In this document: one piece after another, positions 8,650 through 18,431 of the stretch | Numbering within the stretch: the first letter of the stretch is position 1 | How the letters are laid out: the number at the start of each line of letters is the position of its first letter | DNA from: an uncultured Chloroflexia bacterium | GTDB lineage: Bacteria > Chloroflexota > Limnocylindria > Limnocylindrales > CSP1-4 | DNA: 64,000 nucleotides | Assembly (NCBI GenBank): GCA_963746845.1 | Contig: CAVVCZ010000004.1 | Location: forward strand, 384,001-448,000 | Direction of reading: 5' to 3' | Made by a program: the position numbers and the translations under genes | Notes under the pieces: model-generated | The model's input: the letters and a program-made list of their open reading frames with translations, nothing else | Database searches by the model: none | What the model was told of the DNA's origin: nothing

Positions 8650-11112
8650 ATGGTGGACCACGCCCGGGCGGTGATCATCGGCGGCGGCGTCGGCGGGACG
8701 TCGATCGCCTACCACCTCGCCGAGCGCGGCTGGACGGACGTCGTCCTCGTCGACCGCGCGGAGCTCACGTCGGGATCCACGTTCCACTCGGCCGGGCTCG
8801 TCGGGCAGCTCCGGAGCTCGGTGACTCTGACGACGATGATGATGTACGGCGCCGGGCTGTACCGGCGTCTCCGCGACGAGACGGGGGTCGACCCGTCGTG
8901 GCACGAGGTCGGCTCGTTGCGCCTCGCGTCGACGAGGGCCCGGTTCGAGGAGCTCCAGCGCCAGGCGAGCTGGGCGAAGACATTCGGGCTGCCGCTCGAG
9001 CTCATCACCGCCGACGAGGCCCAGGATCGGTTCCCGCTCATGGCGACCGACGGTGTCCTCGGTGCCGTCTGGCTGCCGACCGATGGCTGGCTCGACCCGT
9101 CCGGGCTCGCGATGGCGTTGGCCGCCGGCGCCCGCGGGAAGGGCGTCACGATCCGGACGAACACCCGCGTCGTCGGGATCGGGGTCGAGCGCGGGCGCGT
9201 CACGGGCGTCGTCGTGGAGCTGCGCGACGGCTCCCGCGAGGAGATCGGCGCGGACATCGTGGTCAACGCCGGTGGCATGTTCGCCCCGGAGATCGGGCGC
9301 CTTGTCGGCGTCACGATCCCGATCATCCCGATGGCCCACCAGTACCTGTTCACCGACGCGATCGAGGGCGTCGACGCCGGCCTGCCCCAGCTCCGCGACC
9401 CGGACAACCTCGTCTACTTCCGCGAGGAGGTCGGCGGCCTGTGCATGGGGGGCTACGAGCGCGACCCCGCGCCGTGGTCGCTCGACGGCGTGCCGCCGGA
9501 CTTCAACGGCAAGCTCCTCGCGCCCGACTGGCCGCGGTTCGAGGAGATCATGGCCGGGGCCGTCCGGCGCGTCCCCGCGATCGCCGACGCTGGCGTGTCG
9601 CGGATGATCAACGGCCCGGAGGGCTTCACGCCGGACAGCGAGTTCATCCTCGGCGAGAGCGACGTCCGCGGGTTCTTCGTCGCCGCCGGGTTCTGCGCGC
9701 ACGGGATCGCCGGCGCGGGCGGGATCGGCCGGCAGGTCGCGAGCTGGATCGTCGACGGCGAGCCCGAGCTCGATCTGTGGCACATGGACATCCGACGGTT
9801 CGGTGGTCAGCACTGGCGATCGCGGGAGTGGACGCTCGCCCGGACGACCGAGGTCTACGCGACCTACTACGACATCCACTACCCGAACGAGGAGCGCCAG
9901 GCCGGCCGTCCGCTCCGGACCGCGCCCACCTACGAGCGGCTGCGGGCGCTCGGGGCGTCGTTCGGGGAGAAGTCCGGCTGGGAGCGGCCGAACTGGTTCG
10001 AGTCGACGGCGGACGACGAGCGGTTCGGTGGCCGGGCGGCGCTCGAGCGACTGCGCCCCCGCGGCTGGGCCGGCCAGCACTGGAGCCCGGCGATCGCGGC
10101 GGAGGCGATCGCGACCCGGATCGACGCGGGCCTGTTCGACGAGACGAGCTTCGCCAAGCTCGAGGTGGTCGGGCCGGGATCCGTCGGGTTCCTGAACCAG
10201 ATGGCCGCGAACCAGGTCGACGTCCCCGTCGGACGGATGGTCTACACGTCGCTGCTGAACACCCGCGGGGGCATCGAGTGCGATCTGACGATCACCCGGA
10301 TCGCGCCGGATCGCTTCTTCCTGGTGACCGGCACGGCGTTCGGCCAGCACGATCTCGCGTGGCTCCGGGCGCACCTCCCAGACGACGGCTCCGTCCAGCT
10401 CAACGATCTGACGTCCGGGCGCGTCTGCTTCGGGCTGTGGGGGCCGCGCGCCAGGGACATCCTCGAGCCGCTCACGACGGACGACCTTTCGAACGGGTCC
10501 TTCCCGTTCCTGACCGCCCGCTCGGTCACGGTGGGCCGGGTGCCCGTCCTGGCGCTGCGTGTCACCTACGTCGGCGAGCTCGGCTGGGAGCTGTACGCCC
10601 CGACGGAGTTCGGGCCGGCCCTGTGGGACACCCTGATCGACGCCGGCCGGCCGCACGGACTGACGCCTGCCGGCTATCGCGCGATCGACGCGCTCCGGCT
10701 CGAGAAGGGTTACCGCGTCTGGTCGAGCGACATCACCCCGGACGAGACGCCGTTCGAGGCGGGTCTCGGGTTCGCCGTCGCGCTCGACAAGCCGGGCGGG
10801 TTCATCGGGCGGGAGGCGCTGGTCAAGGCGAGGGCCGCCGGGCCGCGCAAGCGGCTGCGCTGCCTGGTCCTCGACGACCCGCGGTCCGTGTGCCTCGGCA
10901 ATGAGCCGGTCCGCATCGGCGGGCGGATCGTCGGGCGGGTGACGTCGGGCGGATTCGGGTATGCCGTCGAGCGCTCGATCGCCTATGCCTACCTCCCGCC
11001 GGATGCGTCGATCGGCACGCGCGGCGAGATCGACGTCTTCGGGGAGTGGATCGGGTTCGAGGCGGTCCGCGAGCCGCTCTGGGATCCAACCAACGAGCGG
11101 ATCAAGGCGTGA
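8650..11112 (+). CDS. FAD-dependent oxidoreductase with GcvT domain (dimethylglycine/sarcosine dehydrogenase-like)
   Basis: GGGVGG Rossmann motif, SGSTFHSAG, and GcvT motifs TYVGELGWE and LRLEKGY. Confidence 0.9.
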   Translation: MVDHARAVIIGGGVGGTSIAYHLAERGWTDVVLVDRAELTSGSTFHSAGLVGQLRSSVTLTTMMMYGAGLYRRLRDETGVDPSWHEVGSLRLASTRARFEELQRQASWAKTFGLPLELITADEAQDRFPLMATDGVLGAVWLPTDGWLDPSGLAMALAAGARGKGVTIRTNTRVVGIGVERGRVTGVVVELRDGSREEIGADIVVNAGGMFAPEIGRLVGVTIPIIPMAHQYLFTDAIEGVDAGLPQLRDPDNLVYFREEVGGLCMGGYERDPAPWSLDGVPPDFNGKLLAPDWPRFEEIMAGAVRRVPAIADAGVSRMINGPEGFTPDSEFILGESDVRGFFVAAGFCAHGIAGAGGIGRQVASWIVDGEPELDLWHMDIRRFGGQHWRSREWTLARTTEVYATYYDIHYPNEERQAGRPLRTAPTYERLRALGASFGEKSGWERPNWFESTADDERFGGRAALERLRPRGWAGQHWSPAIAAEAIATRIDAGLFDETSFAKLEVVGPGSVGFLNQMAANQVDVPVGRMVYTSLLNTRGGIECDLTITRIAPDRFFLVTGTAFGQHDLAWLRAHLPDDGSVQLNDLTSGRVCFGLWGPRARDILEPLTTDDLSNGSFPFLTARSVTVGRVPVLALRVTYVGELGWELYAPTEFGPALWDTLIDAGRPHGLTPAGYRAIDALRLEKGYRVWSSDITPDETPFEAGLGFAVALDKPGGFIGREALVKARAAGPRKRLRCLVLDDPRSVCLGNEPVRIGGRIVGRVTSGGFGYAVERSIAYAYLPPDASIGTRGEIDVFGEWIGFEAVREPLWDPTNERIKA

Positions 11113-11972
11113 CGACCCTCCTGCGCGACCAGACCGGCGGGTTCGGGCCGGCGTGGAGCGCGAGCCTGGCCGCCGTCCCGGATCACGAGCTCGACGCGTG
11201 GCTGGCGCTCGCGACGGCCGCCTGCGACGAGGCCGACGGCATCGCCCGATCGACGTTCCGGCGCGACCTCGAGATCTCGACGAAACCGGACCGGACGTTC
11301 GTCACGCAGGCCGACCAGGCGATCGAGCGGGCGATCCGGGCCCGGATCCTCGCCGCGTACCCGGACCACGGGCTCGTCGGCGAGGAATACGGCACGGAGG
11401 CCGGCGACGCCGCGACCCGCTGGTACATCGACCCGATCGACGGGACCCACAACTTCATCCGCGGCGTGCCGCTGTTCGGGACGCTGCTCGCGGTCGAGCG
11501 CCTCGGCGAGCTCCAGGCCGCGGTGATCTCGGCGCCGGCCCTCCACGAGCGCTGGTGGGCCCGGCGGGGCGGGGGAGCCTGGGCCCACGGACCGGACGAT
11601 GCCGAGCCCCGCCGGATCCGGGTGTCGGCGGTTACCTCGCTGGACGATGCCCAGGTCCTGTACGGGTCCGGCCACGACATCGAGACATCCGGGCTCGCGC
11701 CCGGTTTCCGGGCGTTGCTGGGCGCCGTCTGGCGCGAGCGCGGATTCGGCGACTTCTGGGGCTACGCGCTCCTCGCCGAGGGCGCGGCGGAGGCGATGGT
11801 CGAGGTCGACCTGTCGTCATGGGACGCCGCCGCGCCGACGGTCCTGATCGAGGAGGCCGGCGGCCGCGTCACGGACTTCGACGGCCGGCGCGCCATCGAC
11901 AGCGGCTCGTTCCTTGCGACGAACGGCCTGCTCCACGACGAGGTGCTGACCCGGCTGGCCCGCTTGCCCTGA
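11109..11972 (+). CDS. hisN: Inositol monophosphatase family protein, histidinol-phosphatase HisN-like
   Basis: GEEYG, WYIDPIDGTHNF, RGFGDFWGY and WDAAA motifs; GTGA overlap start. Confidence 0.7.
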   Translation: MTTLLRDQTGGFGPAWSASLAAVPDHELDAWLALATAACDEADGIARSTFRRDLEISTKPDRTFVTQADQAIERAIRARILAAYPDHGLVGEEYGTEAGDAATRWYIDPIDGTHNFIRGVPLFGTLLAVERLGELQAAVISAPALHERWWARRGGGAWAHGPDDAEPRRIRVSAVTSLDDAQVLYGSGHDIETSGLAPGFRALLGAVWRERGFGDFWGYALLAEGAAEAMVEVDLSSWDAAAPTVLIEEAGGRVTDFDGRRAIDSGSFLATNGLLHDEVLTRLARLP

Positions 11973-12043
11973 TCAGGGCGCGGATGACCGCACGCTTCGA
12001 TCCCTTTGTGTGACCTGACAGCCACGATCGACGAGGCTCGCTG

Positions 12044-12739
12044 TCAGGGCACGTCCGGTTCGGCCGTGGTCGTTTGCCGAGTGCGGGCGCCGAGCGAGAC
12101 GCAGGCCGGGCAACATGCGTCGGCCCAGGCGACGACGGTGGCCCCGATGGACGGCTTGCCCTCGGCGCGTCGACGGCGGATCCACAGCCAGCCGGCGAGG
12201 CCGAGGACCGCCAGCGCGACCCCGGCGATGGCCAGCGGCAGGGTCGCCCGTCCGAGGAGCGCGATCGCCGGCTCGCCGAGGACGTAGCCGATCCCGAAGT
12301 GGGCCGAGATGAACACCGCGTTGCCGAGGGTGAGGCCACCCACGAACGTCCATGCCGGCACGGCGGCCAACGCGCTGGCTGCCACCGTCACCGTCCGGAG
12401 ACCGGGAGTCATCCGCCCCGCCGCAATGGCTGGCGCCCCGTGCCGGCGCAGGCGCTCGGTCTGACTCTCGATCCGGTCCGGCGATGCGAACCGACTGAGG
12501 ACCAGGAGGACCGCGGGACGCGCGAAGGACCGGAAGGCCAGGTACTGGATCAGGCCGCCGGCGATGCTCGCGACGATCAGGGCGGCCAGCGCCAGCCTCG
12601 GGTCGAGATCGCCGCGCGCACCCGCGACACCGGCGCCGAGCAGCAAGAGGTCGCCGGGCACCGGCACGGGCACGCCAGCCTCCTTGACGAGGACAAGGCC
12701 GACCAGCCCAGCGAGCGGCGCGATCTGCTCAGGGTCCAT
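12044..12739 (-). CDS. DedA/VTT-domain membrane protein with C-terminal CCxxC motif
   Basis: KEAGVPVPVPGD and GRMTPGLR DedA signatures; ends WADACCPAC. Confidence 0.8.
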   Translation of the reverse strand: MDPEQIAPLAGLVGLVLVKEAGVPVPVPGDLLLLGAGVAGARGDLDPRLALAALIVASIAGGLIQYLAFRSFARPAVLLVLSRFASPDRIESQTERLRRHGAPAIAAGRMTPGLRTVTVAASALAAVPAWTFVGGLTLGNAVFISAHFGIGYVLGEPAIALLGRATLPLAIAGVALAVLGLAGWLWIRRRRAEGKPSIGATVVAWADACCPACVSLGARTRQTTTAEPDVP

Positions 12740-12772
12740 CGGCGACGCCTTCGTTCAGGGTCCGTCGCCGAA

Positions 12773-13444
12773 TCATCGCTCGGTGGATCGCTGGCGCGGG
12801 AATCGGCCCATCTGCTCCCGGGCACGATCGAGGTCGTCGGCACTCAGCAGCACGGACCCGCCGATCTGCTCCGCGCGCCAGGCGAGCATCGCCAGCTCCT
12901 CGACCCGTTCCGCGCGTCCCAGCGCGCTGGCGAGCGTCCGCGCGACCGCGATCGCCCCGTGGTTCGAGAGCAGGCACGCGTTGTCCGTGCCGAGCGTCGC
13001 GACGGCGTTCCGCGCCAGCTCCTCGGTCCCGAACGTGGCATACGGAGCCACCCGGACCGTGTCCCGGCCGGCCCCGACGAGCGTCGCCAGGACATAGTGG
13101 GCGGCCGGGATCTCGCGGCGAGCGACAGAGTACGTCGTCGCGAACGGCGAGTGGGTGTGGACGATCGCGTCAACGTCGGAGCGCGCCGCGAACAGCGCCA
13201 CGTGGAGCGGCAGCTCCGAGCTCGGACGGCGGCGTCCCTCGGACGGCGTGCCGTCCGGCATCACGACGACGACGTCCTCGACCGTGATCTCGTCGTATTC
13301 CATGGTCGACGGGGTGATGGCGATCCGTCCGTCGTCCAGCCGAGCCCCCACGTTGCCGGATGTCCCGACCGCCAGCCCACGCGTCTGCAGCGCTCGTGCG
13401 ACGCGGACGATCTCCCCGCGGGCCTCGCGCAGCGAGTGACTCAT
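12773..13444 (-). CDS. Class II aldolase/adducin family (L-fuculose-phosphate aldolase-like)
   Basis: GTSGNV, ITPS, PSSELPLH, HTHS and NHG motifs. Confidence 0.85.
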   Translation of the reverse strand: MSHSLREARGEIVRVARALQTRGLAVGTSGNVGARLDDGRIAITPSTMEYDEITVEDVVVVMPDGTPSEGRRRPSSELPLHVALFAARSDVDAIVHTHSPFATTYSVARREIPAAHYVLATLVGAGRDTVRVAPYATFGTEELARNAVATLGTDNACLLSNHGAIAVARTLASALGRAERVEELAMLAWRAEQIGGSVLLSADDLDRAREQMGRFPRQRSTER

Positions 13445-13469
13445 CGAGGCGCGGTCCCCGGGACGGCCG

Positions 13470-13895
13470 CTATGGCAGCAGCCGGGCCCACAGCCCGAGC
13501 AGCTCGGCGTGGTCGTCCGGGTCGAGGCGGTCGCCGAGGATCGTGGCGGTGACCGCGTCCCCGAGCGAATCGAGCATCCGGACCTTGTCGTCCTTGGTGC
13601 CGGACGGCGGGGCGATGTTCATGCCCATGATCGTGCCGCGCATCTGCTCGGATTGATACATGTGGATGACCGCCTCCTGGAGCGCATGACGCGCCGCCCG
13701 GATGCCGTCGCTCAGGCCCGCCTCGTCCGCGACGCCTGCCGCCGTCTCCACGGATCGCTGGTGCTCTTCGTCGGACCGGGTGTCGGCGTAGAGCGGGAGA
13801 TCGTCGAGCGGGACCCGCTCGATCGCCCGGGCGAGCTCGTCGAGTCGTTGCCGGGCATCGGCCGGGAGTCCGTCGATCGCGTCGTCGTCGCTCAT
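13470..13895 (-). CDS. Hypothetical protein
   Basis: 141-aa ORF coupled (ATGA) to the aminotransferase; GC3-biased codons. Confidence 0.65.
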   Translation of the reverse strand: MSDDDAIDGLPADARQRLDELARAIERVPLDDLPLYADTRSDEEHQRSVETAAGVADEAGLSDGIRAARHALQEAVIHMYQSEQMRGTIMGMNIAPPSGTKDDKVRMLDSLGDAVTATILGDRLDPDDHAELLGLWARLLP

Positions 13896-15238
13896 GCGCC
13901 GGCGGCGGCGAGGCTCTCGTCGAGGGTCCGCAGGGCCAGGTCGACCTCGTCCGCCGTCGTGACAAGCGGCGGGATGATCCGGACGACGTTCACGTAGGTG
14001 CCGGCGGTCAGGATGATCAGCTTCCGGTCGAGCGCCTCGGTCTGGACCCGCTTCGTCACGTCGGGATCCGGGACCCGCCCGTCGCCGACGCCGGGCTGGA
14101 CGAACTCGAGCGCGAGCATCAGGCCGAGGCCGCGGACGTCCCCGATCGAGCGGTACTTCGGGGCCAGGGCCCGGAGCCCGGCGAGGAACTGGGCGCCCCG
14201 TTCGCGGGCGTTCGCGACGAGCCCCTCATCCTCGATCACGTCGAGCGTCGCGTTGGCGGCGGCACAGGCCACGACGTTGCCGCCGTAGGTCCCGCCGTGG
14301 GAGCCCGCCGGCAGCTGGTCGAGGATCTCGCGCCGCGCGACGATGCCGCTCAACGGCAGCCCCGACGCGATCCCCTTGGCCATGACGAGGATGTCCGGCT
14401 CGACGTCCCAGTGACGGACCGCGAACAGCTCGCCGGTCCGTCCGAACCCGGTCTGGACCTCGTCGGCGATCAGCAGGATCCCGTTCTGTCGGGTGATCTC
14501 GCGGAGTCGGGGCAGGAACCCGGGCGGCGGGACGAGGTAGCCGCCCTCGCCGAGGACCGGCTCGACGATGATCGCCGCGACGTGCTCCGGGTAGACGTAC
14601 TGGTGGAACGTCAGGTCGAGCTGAGCCTCCCAGTCGCAGACGCAGTCGGCCGGTTCGTGCGCCCCGCCGGCCCACCGATAGCAGTACGGATAGGCCGTGT
14701 GGTAGACGCTGCCGGGCAACGGCTCGAAGTGGCCGCGGTACACGTCCTTCGCGGTCGTGAGGGCCATCGTCTGGCCGGTTCGGCCGTGGTAGCCGTAGCG
14801 GAACCCGAGGATCACCGGCCGGCCCGTCGCGATCCGGGCCAGCTTCACCGACGCCTCGACCGCCTCCGCGCCGCTGTTCGAGAGGAACGCGCCCCACTCG
14901 CCGCCGGCGGCCGGGCCGGGCAGGACGTGTCGGAGCCGCTCGTACAGCCGAAGCCCGGGCTCGTGGTAGGTGATGTTCTGCTGGGCGTGGAGGATCTTCG
15001 CGGCCTGCGCCTGGACCGCGGCGACGACCCGAGGATGGGCGTGGCCGGTGTTCGTGACCCCGATCCCGCTGCTGTAATCGAGGTATCGCTCACCGTCGGT
15101 CGTGATCAGCCACGAGCCCTCGCCGCGATCGACGAGCAGGTTCGTGATCCGGCCCCAGACCGGCGGGATGACCGACCGGTCGGGGAGGGGGGCGCCGGCA
15201 CCGGGGGCCGACCCGACGCGTTCCGCGGTCGTGCTCAT
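13892..15238 (-). CDS. gabT: Class III PLP aminotransferase, 4-aminobutyrate aminotransferase-like
   Basis: NSGAEAVE, EPVLGEGG, DEVQTGFGRTG, AKGIASG and HGGTYGGN motifs; ATG 15238 overlaps the potC stop. Confidence 0.75.
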   Translation of the reverse strand: MSTTAERVGSAPGAGAPLPDRSVIPPVWGRITNLLVDRGEGSWLITTDGERYLDYSSGIGVTNTGHAHPRVVAAVQAQAAKILHAQQNITYHEPGLRLYERLRHVLPGPAAGGEWGAFLSNSGAEAVEASVKLARIATGRPVILGFRYGYHGRTGQTMALTTAKDVYRGHFEPLPGSVYHTAYPYCYRWAGGAHEPADCVCDWEAQLDLTFHQYVYPEHVAAIIVEPVLGEGGYLVPPPGFLPRLREITRQNGILLIADEVQTGFGRTGELFAVRHWDVEPDILVMAKGIASGLPLSGIVARREILDQLPAGSHGGTYGGNVVACAAANATLDVIEDEGLVANARERGAQFLAGLRALAPKYRSIGDVRGLGLMLALEFVQPGVGDGRVPDPDVTKRVQTEALDRKLIILTAGTYVNVVRIIPPLVTTADEVDLALRTLDESLAAAGA

Positions 15239-16104
15239 GGCCGCGGTCCCGCCGAAGCCGATCGGCGGCGACCCGCGAGCGTCGAGAGCAGGACGAACCC
15301 GACGGCCACGAGGAAGATGACCGTGCCGATGACGTTGACCTGGACAGGGACGCCGACCCGGTTCTTGGCGTAGATGAAGAGCGGGAACGTCTGGGTCTTG
15401 CCGGACGTGAAGTTCGTGACGACGAAGTCGTCGATCGACAGGCTGAAGGCGAGCAGCGCGCCCGCGATGATGCCGGGCAGGATCAGCGGGAAGGTGACCT
15501 TCCAGAAGGTGACCCACTCGTTCGCCCCGAGGTCCATCGCCGCCTCCTCGAGGTGGCGCGGGAAGTTCGACAGACGCGCGCGAACGGTCACCACGACGTA
15601 GCTGATGTTGAACATCACGTGGGCGATGAGGATCGTGATGAAGTTCAGCGGGAAGAACGGCACGTTGCCGATCGACACGAACAGGGTCAGCAGGGACGCG
15701 CCGAGGATGATCTCGGGCGTGGCCATCGGCAGGAAGATCAGGGCGTTGATCGCGCCGCGCCCGCCGAAGTTGTAGCGGACCAGGGCGAGCGCGATCAGGG
15801 TGCCCAGTGTGGTGGCGATGGCGGTCGACAGGAACGCGATCGCGAGGCTCGCCCCGAGCGCCTCCGGCAGCCCGTCCACCCCGAGCGGGTTCAGCCAGTA
15901 CTTGAGGGTGAAGCCCGCCCAGGCGGTGTTGCTCTTGCCGGGCGGGTTGTTGAAGCTGAAGAGGATGATCAGGATGACCGGCAGGAGCAGGTAGAAGACC
16001 GCCAGGATCGTGTAGATCACGAGCAGGTACTTGTCCGCCCAGCGCGTGAACACGGTCAGGGGAGAGGCCGCCGGGCGGGGCGCCGCGAGGGTGTCGGTGG
16101 CCAT
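15235..16104 (-). CDS. potC: Polyamine ABC transporter permease (PotC-like)
   Basis: EEAAMDLGA EAA motif and FSLSIDDFVVT. Confidence 0.8.
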   Translation of the reverse strand: MATDTLAAPRPAASPLTVFTRWADKYLLVIYTILAVFYLLLPVILIILFSFNNPPGKSNTAWAGFTLKYWLNPLGVDGLPEALGASLAIAFLSTAIATTLGTLIALALVRYNFGGRGAINALIFLPMATPEIILGASLLTLFVSIGNVPFFPLNFITILIAHVMFNISYVVVTVRARLSNFPRHLEEAAMDLGANEWVTFWKVTFPLILPGIIAGALLAFSLSIDDFVVTNFTSGKTQTFPLFIYAKNRVGVPVQVNVIGTVIFLVAVGFVLLSTLAGRRRSASAGPRP

Positions 16105-16105
16105 G

Positions 16106-17119
16106 TCAGAGCCGCCCGGTGGAGACGTCCTCGGTGCCGAGGACACGGGCATAGATCGCGACGACGACGAGGACGCCGGCCATGAGGATGAACGACATCG
16201 CCGCGGCGGTCGGATAGTCGTTCTGGGTGAGGAACTTGTTCTGGATGACGTTGCCGATCATCCGCGTGTCCGGGTTGCCGAGGAACTCGGCGTTGACGTA
16301 GTCGCCGATCGCGGGGATGAACGTCAGCAGGGACCCGGCGAAGACGCCGGGCAGGGACAGCGGGAACGTTACGCGGACGAATGACTCCGAGACGAGCGCC
16401 CACGCGACCAGGGCACCGAACGCCGCTCCGACCGCGGCCATCACGGGCCACAGCCAGCCGAAGATGATCCCGAGGACGCCGCCCAGCAACCCGCCGACGA
16501 TCGCCCCGGCGATGGCCCCGCCCGGTCGCCACGGACCGGCGTACAGGTCCTTCGCCGCCTCCACCAGCCGCACGTCGATCTTCTCAAGGGCGACGTAGAT
16601 CGGCAGGGTCATGAACGGCAGGAAGTTGTAGGTGATCCCGGAGATCACCGCGACCGGGGTCGCGAGCAGGCGGAAGTCCTCGGGGACGACGCCGACCGCC
16701 TTGAGCGGGCCGAGGAACAGACCGGAGTCGCTCAGGATGATCTTCCACGAGATCGTCCGGAGGAGGAAGCTCGTGAAGAATGGTGCGACGACGAGGAACA
16801 GGAGCAGGTTCTTCTGGCGGCCGCCCTTGAACGCGATCGTGTACGCCAGCGGATACGAGATCAGGAACGTCAGCAGCGTCGCCGCGCCCGCGTAGACGAT
16901 CGAGCGCAGGTAGAACGGCGCGTACTGGTCGATCGCGTCGGTGTAGTTCGAGACGTTATCGAGCGAGAACGTGAACCCTTTCTCGAGGGAGCCGCTCCAG
17001 AGGCTCGTGATGAACATCTGGAACGCGGGGTACACGTAGAAGAAGAGGAGCCACAGGATCCCCGGCGCGAGGAGCAGGTATGGCGTCAGTCCCTTGCGAC
17101 GCTTGAGCCACGCACGCAC
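16106..17119 (-). CDS. potB: Polyamine ABC transporter permease (PotB-like) with a hydrophobic insertion
   Basis: PFFTSFLLRT, YNFLPFM.LPIY, EAAKDL and PLSLPG motifs. Confidence 0.8.
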   Translation of the reverse strand: MRAWLKRRKGLTPYLLLAPGILWLLFFYVYPAFQMFITSLWSGSLEKGFTFSLDNVSNYTDAIDQYAPFYLRSIVYAGAATLLTFLISYPLAYTIAFKGGRQKNLLLFLVVAPFFTSFLLRTISWKIILSDSGLFLGPLKAVGVVPEDFRLLATPVAVISGITYNFLPFMTLPIYVALEKIDVRLVEAAKDLYAGPWRPGGAIAGAIVGGLLGGVLGIIFGWLWPVMAAVGAAFGALVAWALVSESFVRVTFPLSLPGVFAGSLLTFIPAIGDYVNAEFLGNPDTRMIGNVIQNKFLTQNDYPTAAAMSFILMAGVLVVVAIYARVLGTEDVSTGRL

Positions 17120-17143
17120 GGCAACCTCGGTGTGGGCAGTGGG

Positions 17144-18406
17144 TCAGGCGACCCCGATCACCTTGGCGAACTGCTGGTTGAAGTACGTCTCGTCTTCCTC
17201 GCTCAGGGCCCCGAAGATGTGGAGGCGGGCGACCCAGTCCGGCGGCGGGTTGAGCAGGGGGCTGTTCGCGAGCTCGGGGTGACTCTTCGCAAGGATCTCG
17301 TCCGAGCCCTTGACCGGCGAGATGTACGCAACGCCCGCGGAGACCGTCGCCGACACCGCAGGGTCGTAGTAGTAGTTGATCAGCAGCTCGGCCGTGCCCT
17401 TGTGGGCAGCGCCTTTCGGGATCATCAGGTTGTCCGTCCAGAGCATGCCGCCCTCGGTGGCGAGGTTGTACTTGAGGGTCGGCTTGTCGATCTGGCCGTA
17501 GACCATGTCGCCGGACCAGGCCATCGCCAGGACGGTGTCGCCGCTCTTGAGGTCCTCGAGGTAGCTCTGGCCCTTGACGTCGCGGATCACGCCGTCCGCC
17601 TTGGCCTTCTGCATCAGGGCGACCGCCTGGTCGCAGCCGTCGCGCGTCGGCTTCGAGGGATCGAGCCCGAGCTGGAGCATCGACAGCCCGATCGCGTCGC
17701 GCATCTCGGTCAGGTAGTTGACCTTGCCCTTCCAGCGCGGATCCGGCGTGTACAGCGAGGCGAGGCTCGTGACCTCGCCGGCCTTGGCCGAGTCGAACCC
17801 GAGACCGGTCGTCCCCGACCGCCACGGCGCATGGTGGGAGTTGTCCGGATCCCAGTCGAGGTTCCGGTAGACGTCCTTGAGGTTGGCGATGACGTTCGGG
17901 ACGTTGGCCGGATCGAACTTCTCCACCCAGCCGAGCCGGATGAGCCGGGCGGCCATCCAGTCCGTGAGGGTGATGACGTCCCAGCCGGTGTCCTTGCCGG
18001 TGTTGAGCGCATCCTTGATCGTGGCGACGAAGTCCTCGTTGCCCTCGATGACCTCCTGGTAGTGGACCGTCGTGCCGTACTTCGTCTTGAACGCGTCGAC
18101 CGTCGGGAACTTGGTCGCGTCGTTCGGGTCGACGTCCATGTAGGCCGACCAGTTGGCCCAGTTCAGCTCGGGCGACGGGGTCGCGGCGATCGGCGGGACC
18201 GCCGAGGGCGACCCGGCGGACGAGGCCGTCGGCCCGACCGACGACGGCGGGGTCGACGCGACCGCGGCCTCGGATGCCTCCGCGCTCGCGGCGGGCTTGG
18301 TCCCTGTGCAGGCGGCGAGGAACGCCGCGAAGCCCGCCAGGGCCGTGCCCTGGATGAAGCGGCGACGGGTGAGGTCGGGGTTCAGGCGCTCCGGTCGATC
18401 GGCCAT
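17144..18406 (-). CDS. potD: Spermidine/putrescine-binding lipoprotein with Tat signal (PotD-like)
   Basis: TRRRFIQ Tat motif, LAAC lipobox, NWSAYMD, AWSGD and WTDN; GAGGAG RBS. Confidence 0.8.
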   Translation of the reverse strand: MADRPERLNPDLTRRRFIQGTALAGFAAFLAACTGTKPAASAEASEAAVASTPPSSVGPTASSAGSPSAVPPIAATPSPELNWANWSAYMDVDPNDATKFPTVDAFKTKYGTTVHYQEVIEGNEDFVATIKDALNTGKDTGWDVITLTDWMAARLIRLGWVEKFDPANVPNVIANLKDVYRNLDWDPDNSHHAPWRSGTTGLGFDSAKAGEVTSLASLYTPDPRWKGKVNYLTEMRDAIGLSMLQLGLDPSKPTRDGCDQAVALMQKAKADGVIRDVKGQSYLEDLKSGDTVLAMAWSGDMVYGQIDKPTLKYNLATEGGMLWTDNLMIPKGAAHKGTAELLINYYYDPAVSATVSAGVAYISPVKGSDEILAKSHPELANSPLLNPPPDWVARLHIFGALSEEDETYFNQQFAKVIGVA

Positions 18407-18431
18407 TGATGACTCCTCGGTTCCGGCGCCG

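Noticed and set aside
7390-10656. Very long antisense or alternate-frame ORFs (e.g. 1088 aa here; also 42286-45642, 35050-38133, 19603-22473)
   Set aside because: Shadow ORFs of high-GC coding sequence: Arg/Pro/Gly-rich, no motifs, and overlapping well-supported genes.
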